From assembly GCA_016748015.1 (NCBI GenBank), contig JAAOMT010000664.1, forward strand, positions 1,487,892-1,551,891: a stretch of DNA of 64,000 nucleotides, in the 5' to 3' direction. Under the pieces are notes generated by a model, which saw only the letters and a list, made by a program, of their open reading frames with translations, did no database searches and was not told where the DNA came from. This document shows, piece after piece, positions 35,254 through 47,297 of the stretch (positions are counted from its first letter, which is position 1; the number at the start of each line of letters is the position of its first letter). Made by a program: the position numbers and the translations under genes. Origin of the DNA: Geosiphon pyriformis uo1. Its lineage: Eukaryota; Fungi; Glomeromycota.

Positions 35254-36361
35254 TGTTACTCATAAAAAGAAAACAGATATAGAGAAATAGTAGACCAATA
35301 AGCAAATAGTATATAGCACATGAGCACATTGCTCAGCAATGTAGAGCAATAACAGAAATTATGACACATTGCTTAGCAATGTGGAGCGATATTAGAAAAT
35401 TAGGGCACATTACTTAGCAATATGAGTATTGCTCAAGAAATCATAGCACATTGCTTGGGAATATGAGCAATCTCGTAGAACATCAATTATATATATATAG
35501 CAGTAGTGTTAGAAGTAGAAAAAGCAGAATTCTTCTATTAGAGACCTCTTAGTTTAAATTTCATCTAAGCAACTTTCTATTCACAAATATTAATAAATAA
35601 TTATTCACTATTTCAACCCACTCTCTACTATCAACACTTCATGTTAATAGTAATTAATACTTAACCATACTAGATCAATAGCTCTTAATTACAGTTATTG
35701 ATGGATTCTAACTTGTGTATTGTCTTGACTTATTTCTTTATTTTCTTCTTTTATTTTCTTTTTTTTGATTGTATTTGTTGTATACTAACTGATTAAAGAT
35801 TAAAGCACTGAGTAATTAATGTTACAGATAGCCTGGTAAAAGACCCAGAAATAAGGATAAAATTATATATATATTAACAGATAGCTTATCAAAAAGACAC
35901 GACTGCTAAAATAAACTGGCCACCAAGCTGAAGACAGAAATTGGGAACACCACTCACCAACCAACTACTTCATCATTGAATCTCTGTCTATTATACAAAG
36001 GACACCAAGGAAATTAAGAAAAAAACAAGGGACAATGAATTATATTGAATACACTGCTTTTATTTTCTTTATACCATTACATCATGCTAAAATTAGAACA
36101 AAGAGAATATTCATATTCTCTGCTAAATTAAACTTAAAAATCCTTCTAACCTTAACTCCCCTTCTAAACAATAATATTAGCACAGAATTACCGAGGATAT
36201 AAAACTTGCGAATTAAGTTTTTTATTCTCCGCCCTCTTAATCAAAACCTTCAGATAAAGACAACATACCAATATTACCACCATCAGCCATCAGAGTAGAT
36301 ACTGAGCACCAAGTTACAGATATGTTATTTGATTTGAGACCCCAAATAATCACTTGTAACA
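35254..36361 (+). repeat. 3' LTR of A2 (type A, 1108 bp)
   Basis: TGTTA...TAACA; matches 7120-8036 apart from a ~230 bp indel. Confidence 0.93.
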
Positions 36362-37159
36362 TCATATACAAAAATTTGAATTATGTAAATTAAATATATA
36401 AATACCAAAAAAACAAGAAAAAAAAGCTTAAAACACTTTTAATATAGATTTTTTAAACAAAATTCTGAAACTTTTACAACAATTATTCGAAATAATTTAA
36501 CAATTCACAATATTAATAAAAATTACAATTGATAAAACAAAGATATAATATAAAAATACAAACAAAAAAAAGGCAAATAAGAATTTAACTAAAACTGAAT
36601 ATTCTTAATTTTATGAAAGATCAAAGAAAAAAAAATATATGTGTATTCAAATATTTGAAAAAATTAAAAAAGCTTTAAACAGCTTAGCTATAGAACTTAA
36701 TACTAAAAAAAAGATCCTTAAAGTCTTTAAAATATAAAAAAAACTTTTATTAACAAATTGTTTTTTTAAAATTAGTAAAAAACTAAACTTATAAACATTA
36801 TATATTGATAATAACAAATAAATATTCAATAAAAAAGCTCTTAAACAATTAGAAAAATTTGATAAAAAAAACAATTTAATGTTATATTACAAAACAATAT
36901 ACCAATTATATTTAGCATTTAAATATTGTTTAATTATACTATTAAACAATTTATTAAAGACTATTATAGTTAATAACATAAAACAAGTAATAAATTTTTA
37001 ATTTAAAAAACTACAAAAAATAATATTTAACACAATAATTAAACACTATATCAAAAAAATAATTTTTAAAAATACATATGATTTTACAAAAGCTTAATTT
37101 TAAAAAAAAATTATTATTCAAGTAAAAAAAACCAACCTAAAATTATTAAAAAATGTAAT

Positions 37160-37345
37160 TATTACATAATAACATAAAAAAACATAATAATACAAAATAA
37201 CACAAAATAATGCAAAATAATATAAAATAATTCAGGATAATATAAGATAATACACAATAATATAAAATAATACAAAATAACTAATAATAACATAAAATAA
37301 CAAGTTATAACATAAAAAAATAAAACAATAGCTAAAATAGCAAGC
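37160..37345. repeat. Degenerate 10-bp tandem repeat (TAAYAYAAAA)n
   Basis: Periodic taacataaaa/taatacaaaa/taatataaaa units. Confidence 0.7.
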
Positions 37346-39934
37346 AATAATTAATAATAATAATTAAAAACAATTTTATAAAACTAAAAATATATATAAA
37401 AGCAAATAATTTTAACAAATAAAAAAATGTAAGATTAAACAAAAATTACTTTTTTTTTAAATATCTTTTTTGTAATTTAATAATTTTTTATTTTATTGTT
37501 ATATATTTTGTATTAATCAAAAAAAATATTATTATTTAATTCAAATATACATAATATTAATATTTTGATTGTTAGAATCTAATTGTTGGTTTTTTATCTT
37601 AGTTTTAAACCAAATACTATAGCATAAATGCTTATAAAACTTTAATAACTAAATTAATTATTTTTGATTATGATAATTAATAAAATACTAATTTTTTTTT
37701 ATTTTTTTATTTATTTTTCTTTTATTTTTATTTTTTTTATTTTATTTTTATTTTTTATGAAATGATAACATTGAAAATTAATTGTTTGAGAATAGACTTT
37801 GTAATAGTTTGGTAAAAAAAAAAAGTTTTCTTTAGATTTAAATATTAATTTTATTTTATTAACTTACTAAAAAAATAAAAAAAACAATATTAAATCTTAA
37901 TAATTGTATTTACTAGTTTAGAAAAAAACATAACAATAGCCATGTAATTAAAGAAACAATATTATTATGTTTTGTAACAAAAAAACCCATTAAATAAAAC
38001 TTTAAACAAAAAAAATCTTTAGAAACTAATAATTTACAACATGATTAAAGCCAATTTATTCAATTTTTATATTGTTTTTATTATTAAATTATGAACACTA
38101 AATATTATAACTATATTTTACCAAATTAATTTATAATAATAGATAAAACTTTAAACAGAAAAATTTTTAAAGACTAATAACTTATTTTACTATCAAACTC
38201 AATTTATTTAAAAGATTATTTTATTTCTGGTAATAAATCATAAATATTAAACATTATGATTATATTTTATCAAGTTTATTTATAATAGTATATATTTTTT
38301 TAAATATAACTTTATCTATATATTTGTTATTATTAGAGTTATTAGAATTAATAAAGCTGGTTTTTTTTATTATTGGGTTTTTTAATTTTTTAATATTAGA
38401 TATATTATTAATATTATTATTTTTATTTTTAACTTTATTGTTCTAAAAATAATATTTAATCATATTATTATTTTTTAATACTTTTATAGCCAAAAATTCT
38501 GCTAACAAATTCATAATTCTAAATCTAATAGTAAGTTTTTTAGACTAATTGTTAAAATTTTTTAATATATAAACATATATGTTATAATTTTTTTTATTAA
38601 AATAGATTTTTACTCTATTTTTGTTAATATTTATAGTTTTAGCCAAATTAACAATTAGTTTTATAATAATATATAGATTTATATTAAAAAAAATAGTTAA
38701 GTATATAAACAAATAAAAAAAAATATAATTTTTTTTAATCTTAATAGTCTTATTGTAAATAAGAAATTAATAAAACAAAGAATGTTTTTTATATATAAAT
38801 ATTTTAATAAAATTATAAAAGATATAAAACTTTAAAAAATATAACTTTAAAGATACAAATAAAACTTTAAATATTATATAATTAAATATTTAAAAAAATT
38901 TAATTATTATTAAAAAAACCAAAATTTTCATATAAAAATTTGGTTTTTTAAATTTATATTTTTTATTAAGATTATATATATTAATTATTTAATATTATAT
39001 AATTAATTTATTTATTTATTTTTAAATAGAGTTATTAATTTAATTAATAATTTAATTATTAGTATATAAATAATAAATTTTCTAACTATAAAAAATTAAT
39101 TAAAACAAAATTAAACTAATAAAAAAATAATTATTTATTAGATTTTATTGTTTATTTTTTTATTTTTATTTTTATATATATTTATTTTTTTTATTTTTTT
39201 AATTTATATTATTAAAATTAGTTTAAAAAACTATTTGTTTTTATAATTTATTAAATAAAAAAAATAATTAAAAAATAAAATAATATTTGTTATTAATTTT
39301 AAGAATTATTAAAATAAACATAAAATAATAGCAATAATATTATCTTATTAACAATTATAAACTAGTCTTTTAACTTTAAAATTTTCAAAAAAGAATTTTT
39401 ATTAATTGAATTTTTTTTGATTGTTTTTATTATCTTTTAATAGCTTTTTCTCTTGTTATTTATTAGTTTGTTACTTAAATTCTTAACAATAGTTAATTAC
39501 ACTTAGTTAACACAAATAAATTAAGCAAATAATTTTTAAATAAGACCAAACAATTAATTAAAAAATAAATACCCAAAAAAAAATGTTTCAAATTTCAATG
39601 TAAACAAAGTAATTAAAACTCATTATTAAAAAAACAATAGAAAAAACAATTTAATGACATTACAAAAAATACATTTAATAGGATTAAAGAAATGCAAAAT
39701 ACTTTCAATAAACATTGAAAAAAGTATCAAAACCTTTAAACATAAGAATAATCTTTCTTGAATCTAAAAAACATTGCTAAGCAACTGATTAATATTTTCA
39801 TCAGTAGCCGACGAATCTTTAACCAATTACGATTTATTTTTCGAACTCTTTGGTTGTTATTTTCTATCCAAGTGCCTTGATAAACTCAAATTATTGCGAT
39901 TCAATAATAGGCTTGTTCAAGGATATCAATTAAT

Positions 39935-41763
39935 TCAATAACTCTTAGTATGAACTACCGAAGGTCCTTTTTCGTTATAATCAACTTTGCTGATGTAACT
40001 CTTGCTATTCGTTTCTCCAAAGACAAGCTGAGGAAATGAAACAATCATTAGCAATTAGTCAGGGTAATTTAGGGAAGTTTAGTCATGAGGCTAATTACTA
40101 AATAGGGGTTGATCCAGTTTTCCAAATTGTCAACAAACCTTAGCAACAATTGAAGCACCAAGAAATGGGGCCAAATCTGGCCGATCTTTAAAATTCGTAA
40201 AATAGTCAGGTATTTTGAGGAACCTCGGTTCCTTTACTGTTTGATGGTCTCCTGCGTTGTCGGAGAGATTTAAATAAACTTCTAACTCTTTTTGAAGACG
40301 TTCCTTGAACCCTATTATTCATAATTTCAAAGAATTTAGTTCTTATTTTTAGACTTACATACATTTGCCATGATAAACATCAAACCTTTTAATAACGAAG
40401 AACCACCAGTAAAAACTATGTTTTCCCATAAAATACCCCTTTTATCTATTTCGCAACTAGATATGGCAAAATAAATAGCATCAGGAAGAGTTGCAAGCCC
40501 CCCTTTTCCAACAAGACAAGGAGCAAAAAAAGGTTCAGCGGCTTGAAATCTTTCAGACCCAATTGTAAACTGAAATTAAAATAAATAATCTTTTCAATGG
40601 ACATTAAAGTGAATATAAAGAATCAAAAAAATAAGCATTTATGATTTTACTTGTGTTCCCATATATTCTACTTCCTTTCTTTCTTCACCCGTTTCTTCAC
40701 CGTCAAAGCTCATAAAACCACAAACAGTTTCCTTCATAGCTCTAGCAAAATCAAGGTTGATGGAGTTGCCATATTCTTGCAAGAGCTTAATATCTGATTG
40801 TAGCAGGCTGAGCAAATATTTATCAATGTCTTGTCCTCCTATTGGCAATGTTTGAATTGCATGGTATTGAACGCTTGTATCTAATATAGGGGTAATATCT
40901 ATAAAAATGAATGTGATTATTATTGGGAAGACTTTTTTGTAATTTGAAAGAATATATATAGCATACTGTTTTGGGTTAAGTTACCTGTTGTTCCATAACC
41001 AACATCTACTACTATTCCGTTGACGCTCCCGCAACCAAACAACGCCATCAATGCTTGATCTGCGATATAAAGTGCGGGGGTATTAAAGTGTTCAAAAAAG
41101 ATTTGAGCAATCCGTTCATACTCCGTCTTTGTCCATCGATTTGGTGTTGTGAGAAGAACCGGACATTCGTTACGAGATCGCTTAATATTGAATTCCTTTA
41201 AAAGAATATTTCTCCTTTTTTTTATTGAATTTATCATAAATAGTATCAAAAGAGAGTGAAATATGGTTGAGTGACTGTTAGTGAGCATAATAATTACCAA
41301 ATCCCTTCCAAGTCAGCCCATCTTTTAATTTCACCACGCTCAATCGGAATTAAAGATAAACTCCCCTTAGTGGGAGGAATGGTTTCTTTATAATATTTTG
41401 AGTTTTCAGTGCTATTTAAACCACCGGGAGAAATATCTAGTGCATTTGAGGTTTCTTTTTCCGTTCCAAGACCATATTTATGTTCAACTTCAGTTGTAAG
41501 GAACTATAAAATCAGTCGGCCAAATATAAAAGTAAGAGGGACCACTTATATCTCTTTTAAGAGGTTTTGTCTGGGTTGATAGAATTGTTTTTATTGCTTG
41601 TTGGGAATCATTACTCAATCGTTTAAGAAATGTTTAAGAACTAAATACTTCGACTCACCAAGGAAGGAACATCAAATATTTCTTTAGGAACCCCTTTGCG
41701 CGCTTTAATACGCCAAGAACCATTATCAATGACGACAAAATTTTCTTCTTTAAAAGAAAGCAT
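39935..41763 (-). CDS. ARP9: Actin-related protein, Arp9-like (SWI/SNF and RSC subunit), multi-exon
   Basis: MLSFKEENFVVIDNGS start; FEHFNTPALY, VDVGYG, IGG.DI, KIPDYF..FK, FLGASIVAK, DYNEKGP; GT-AG introns. Confidence 0.8.
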
Positions 41764-42034
41764 TTGCGCAAAAATTAGTAATATTTAACAGGTGAAAGTT
41801 GTATAATTTTTTTGAAGGTGGCTTGGCTGTCAGTATTTTTTGATCTATCAGCTATATCAACTTCCAACGTCTTAAGTTATCAATTATATCTCATGGTAGG
41901 AAACAGCATTAATAAAACGAACATATCGTAAAGAAAGAGCTGACTTAATTTACTCCCTTCTTGCGGGTGTTACTCCTCAAAAATTGCCGTCATCCGCCAT
42001 CGTGCGGAGGTTTGCCCTTCTGGGTTTGCCAAAA

Positions 42035-43926
42035 ATGGTTTTCATTAACGGAGTTAAATATGCTTGGTACGAGCTCTCCTTATATAGAATTGTGTCCATA
42101 GAGATTCTTTTTTGCGGTTTGCTGGATTCACTTTAGCCTTGACAGTTGGAAGCAATTACCTTAGAATTCCTTCACCCTATTTCATTTTGCGAGACGGCTA
42201 ATTTCCGAAGCAAAAAAATCATATTTTTACTGTAACAGTGCAACGTGTATTAAAGGGCATCGTTCGACTGCCTGCCATCACTCCGAGAGACCTTTGTTTG
42301 TCATTAAACGAAAAGGTCGCCCAATCACTCAATGTGCACACTGTCGTGAACTTCGCAAAACACAAAAAGTTCATGTCAAATGCACTTGCAACGAGAAGAA
42401 AAAAGATGGAGGTATTCCCATAAGATCCGAATGAAATTTAACTTTTTATTGATCGCACATTGAACATTATATATAACTAAGACACATCTTATTTGCTGTC
42501 AGATTTTCATTTAACAATGAACTTACCAACTCGTGGAATAATTTCACCAAATTGCACATCAAATGGAGGTCTTGATCCACAATTTAAAATGGAGGGGAAT
42601 TTTATGGAGTTGAATCGACAAAATGATCTCGAAGATAAACACTCTGGTGAGAGAAAGATTTAGAATTTCCATAGTTGAGGAATGAATTGCCAGGCAGAAT
42701 TCGAAAATAATCATTATTTTCCATATAATAAATTGAGTCGAAGCTCTTCTTAATCCTTGCCAATGCTCGACGGGAGCCAAATGTATTTGCTGTCGGCCAG
42801 TCGAACAAAACTCGAATGTTTCAGCTATAGCATCAAATTTTCAGTTTACATCAAATCAATCACAAATTTATGATGATATTAATAGAATGTATGCTGCCAC
42901 AACAACAATAGCTGGAACAACTGGGCCTAATCCTAACCAAAATAATCTTATATCGCTTTTACGAATTACCTCACCAAATTCTTCATCTTCATCAATATCA
43001 CCATCCAATACCCCTTTTTCGTCTATTGCGAGTCAAATTTTTGGACAAGTTCCGATGTCTGTCATACCACAAACAACTTTTTCATCGCCTCAAAATTCAA
43101 TTAATTCTTCTGATTATGATCCCAATAAAATCAATCCTATAAATGTTTCTCAGGGTGCTATTACCGCCTCTGCTTGGAATGGCTATTCAAGTGATGACGG
43201 AATATCGACATCTTTACCTGGATCAACAAATACTTATCATGAAATTCGTCAACCACGTACTAATACGAATGGCCATAGAAGAATCGCATCTTATCCGAGC
43301 ATTCTTTATCCATCGCCAAAATTAGAATCCCCGAGTTCTTTTCAATTACAAAGTTATACATCGTATCAGGAAGAAGACGAAAAATCTATGACTGATGAAA
43401 ACTCTGTTCTAGGGGAACAATTATGTCACACCAGTGCTGACGATTTGGTGAATATTATATATAGCTCTTTTCAAAATTGTCCCCCCTCAATGCCCAGTGA
43501 AAGTTGTTGTGCTCCTGCCAATTCAACTTCCGTATCTACATGTCATTGTGGTATTGGCTGCGGATGTCAGGGTTGTAATACTCATGAGCAGAGAGTTAGC
43601 GGTGCTCGTGGATACGAATCTGTTAATCCTTATCAAATTCAAACAGATTTACGAAATGCTAATATATTAAATAGAAGAGAAAACTGTTGCTCCAGTTCAC
43701 AAGCTATTGTTCAACAAGAACATAGTATAATTATTGATGAGGATGGGGTTATGGTCTGTGGCTGTGGTTGTCGAAAACCGAATACTGAGTGTTCGGATTG
43801 TATCAAGAATTTATGCGAGGGTGTGTATTTCAGTTTCCATTAAAATACCATTTATTTGATTTTTATTAATTTCACAATTTCCCAATTTTGCTCACAGAAT
43901 ACTTGTTGAAGCAACCGCCAATATGA
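42035..43926 (+). CDS. Copper-fist transcription factor (Mac1/Cuf1/GRISEA-like), 5 exons
   Basis: Spliced N-terminus MVFINGVKYAC|ATCIKGHRSTACHHSERPL..IKRKGRP..QC.HCR; C-terminal CxCxxxCxCxxCxxH cluster. Confidence 0.9.
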
Positions 43927-44244
43927 AACTTAATATTTCGAAACTTTGCTTCTCGACCGTTGGACTCCCCTGATATAACCATCAAGATATCCCTATCATT
44001 ACACCGCATTCTTTCTATAGAATATACAAAATTATAAATCTGTCCCACATTAATTATCGTGGAACGCAAGTATATATATGTATATATTATTCAAAGAAAT
44101 ATTTTGCTTGTATAAAGTTAATCTGAAGAAATTTCCGCGAGTGATTCTTATCAAGTGAAGATAATAACTTCATTACATCATTTTAGAATTATTAAACACA
44201 AGGAATATTTTATCTCGCATTTTCATATTATCGAATTTTGTAAA

Positions 44245-45796
44245 TCAATCGTCTTCCCTCACGATTAAATCAAACGCATAGAAGCTTAACGAGAAATAAA
44301 CATTGAACCATTGCCAAATATCATTGCTACCTGTTAGGTATCCATAATGACAAAGGAGTATATGAGTATAAACTGCTATTACAAGTGGCGGGAATAGTGA
44401 CGTAATTATGGCGAGATATCTTTGGGGCTACAGAATTAAATTAGGGTTAAAAAAATTCTCTAAATTGTTTTGTCTAGAAATTTCAAACCTTTTCCTTTTC
44501 CCTCGACCTCACATGACTAGAGTATCCCTTTTCTCGAAGTCGTATCACAAGATCGGTAGCTAAGGAAATGATAATCAGGCGATATGTGAACGATATGAAC
44601 ACTTCAAGTGAAAGAGCTCTTTTTATGGCTGCTATAAATCCAAAAGAATGGAAAATCTTTTGAATGTATTCGATGATCACCCCAGGAGAGATACTGTTTG
44701 ATTTTTCCGGAGTAGAGGAGTGAGATTACAAAATTCGACGTACAGATCATTAATCAATTATGAGCTCCGACAGTTTGGAAATCCCAAAAACATGTAATAC
44801 GACGAAAATTTTACTTTAAAGACAATAGTAATGGGAGAGGATAATTCTGAGCGAATAGTTTTTCCTTGGAATAATCGGGAGATGTTGGCTGATCGCCCCA
44901 TTCAGATGATATTAGGTGGACACAATAGACCACATAGGCAAACTAGAAAAAGGAAAATATTAAATAGGCTGAATAGGAAAACGACTCAAGAATTGAAATT
45001 AAGAATATTTTACCATGGCTACTGCTTCAGTGATTAGCCCTTTTCCGGTTGAAAATTGAATCACCTGGAGGAAAATGGCCAATGTGATTGATGATCCAAT
45101 GAGTGTTGCCGAAAATTTATCTATTCCAGGCCTATTGTAAACTTGAACAAGAAAATAGCTTGCGCAAAGCAAGCCAAGTATCGACACAATCAAAAAATAA
45201 ATCTGTGCTTAAAAATAGTAGATCAACGAAAAATAGTTAGAAATACCCTCCTATAAGAAATTGATCAAACATGCGTCTACATTAAACGCGCCTGCAAGTT
45301 GCTTTTGGCTTGTATAATTTTTCGAGTTCCTGAGATGAAAAGTACAGTAGCAAATCCTTCTGCTAGAATGAATAGGGGAGCGCACCAGCCTAAGAATGTT
45401 TGATATGCATTTAAGAAAGCGGGTAATTTCTCGAGATTTTCAGGAGATTGTTGGTTGTTGAAGACATTGTAGGTTAAAGACAAGGAATGATAGACAAAGA
45501 AGGGAATAAGAAAAGTTTGAGATAATGTAAGAAGTTGGGGCTTAGATTATAAGATTAATAAGAATAAAGAAAATCGTAAGGAGACAAACAGAACTTGAAC
45601 TTACTATAATCCAACCGATACCTTCTTCCTCCCTCCACCAAATAGCTTTAGTGGCGCCTAAGATGCTAAAGTAAACCATTAAGGCAAATGAGAGAGCTAA
45701 GCCCGCAGGTCTTCCACCTAAGTCGAAGGCCAAAGGGAGCAATATTAAAAGAAAAATAATTCGAATACTACTCAAGGTGGTCATAAATGTCAGCAT
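44245..45796 (-). CDS. ICE2: ICE2-family ER membrane protein, multi-exon
   Basis: LPLAFDLGG..AGLALS, LAEGFAT, IAVYTHILL, WQWFNV..SL.FYA.DL motifs; multiple TM segments. Confidence 0.85.
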
Positions 45797-45922
45797 GTTT
45801 TATCCTCAAAATTAAACTCAAATTTCTTGAATTCAAACTTATAAAAATTTGATAGTGATCCTCATTACACATAATTTCATTGGGAATTTCCTAATCTACA
45901 TTTCTTTTTTGGTCGTCGTGGA

Positions 45923-47121
45923 ATGCGAATATTCCTTCCTATGAAAAGGGCCGTTTGGCCCTCATCCCCAAAATCTGCCTCTACAGTTCAAACTTTCATA
46001 AATGGGGAGCAATCTGAAAAGCTGCTAAACCTATTTGAAGGCAGGGTTCTAGTAGTGACTGGTGCAGGTGCGCTTTGGGTAGATAAAACTATGTAATGTC
46101 TCAGAAAGCTTTCGATCAGGATAAAAAATATTATAAATACCTAAAAAATAAAGGCGTGAGTACCGACTCTGGGATACCCGATTATCGAGGACCAAACGTG
46201 AGTATTTACTTGACTTATCCACCAATTAAGAGCATATCATTATTCATTTCTAGAATTAATCAATTATAATGAAATCTAGGGGACTTACATTATTAATAAA
46301 ACTTACAAGCCAATATTCTACCATGAGGTATATTATCTGATCTGATATCTTAGAATTAAATATGAAATACTTACTTGATTAATTTGATCGAAGAAAAGTT
46401 TGCAGCTCACCATCGTTTTCGACAGAGATATTGGGCTCGTTCATACATTGGCTGGCCGCAGATTCAAAAAGCACGCCCGAATATTACTCATTATGCTTTG
46501 GCACAACTCCAATCTAAAGGCTATATTGATGAGATTATCACACAGAACGTTGATTCCTTGCATCAGGAAGCTCAATCACAGAATATCTTAGAGTTGCATG
46601 GGACTCTCAATAAAGTTCATTGTTTACAATGTGGTAATTTAGAATCCAGGACCAAGTATCAACAGATGCTAAGCGATCTGAACCCGATTTGGGCAGAGTT
46701 CTCGCGACATATTGAAGCATCAGATATTCAACAGAGAATGAATCCAGATGGTGATGCTGATTTACCTTCGACTTCCTATGAAACCTTCAAGTACCCCTCC
46801 TGCGTAAAATGTCGAGACGGAGTTTATAAGCCATCAGTAGTTTTTTTCGGCGAGAACATTATTCAAAACGTTAAGCAACGGGCTGCCGAAATTGTCCAAC
46901 AAAGTGATTCAATGTTAATTATCGGTTCTTCTTTGACAACATATTCCGCTTATAGACTGGTAAAATTGGGCCATGATTTGGGTAAAAAGATTGGAATTAT
47001 AAACCTTGGCCCCACAAGAGGGGACCATCTTGCGATAGTGAAGGTTGAAGAAGCTTGTGGTACTGTACTTCCCTCTATAGTGAATGCATTTTCCAAGAAT
47101 GAAGAAAGAGTAAAAAATTGA
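45923..47121 (+). CDS. NAD-dependent sirtuin, class II (SIRT4-like), 4 exons
   Basis: TGAG|VSTDSGIPDYRG, RYWARS, TQNVD, LHG, CxxC pairs, PDGD, KP.VVFFGE, GSSL. Confidence 0.92.
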
Positions 47122-47297
47122 TGTAAATTTCTACAGAAAAGGGTTAAATAGGCGATTTCTATTTATTTTTCCTATGTTTATACAAAACCTCAAAAATGCA
47201 ATCGAGGAAGTATTGAATAAATATTTCTAAAACAATGAATTTTTTCGTTTTAAACTTTTTACTTGATCGATCAAGAAAGTATATAATTAAAATGACT

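Larger units (their letters stand above)
34367..36361 (+). mobile_element. 3' remnant of Gypsy copy A2 (integrase tail, ORF3, PPT, 3' LTR)
   Basis: GTTKILAKAIHDDQLKPYH integrase tail; PPT AAAAGGAGGAGA at ~35239-35250; LTR 35254-36361. Confidence 0.9.

Noticed and set aside
36647-37347. Short hydrophobic ORFs in AT-rich DNA (also 50909, 13182)
   Set aside because: Low-complexity or tandem-repeat translations of hypermutated DNA.
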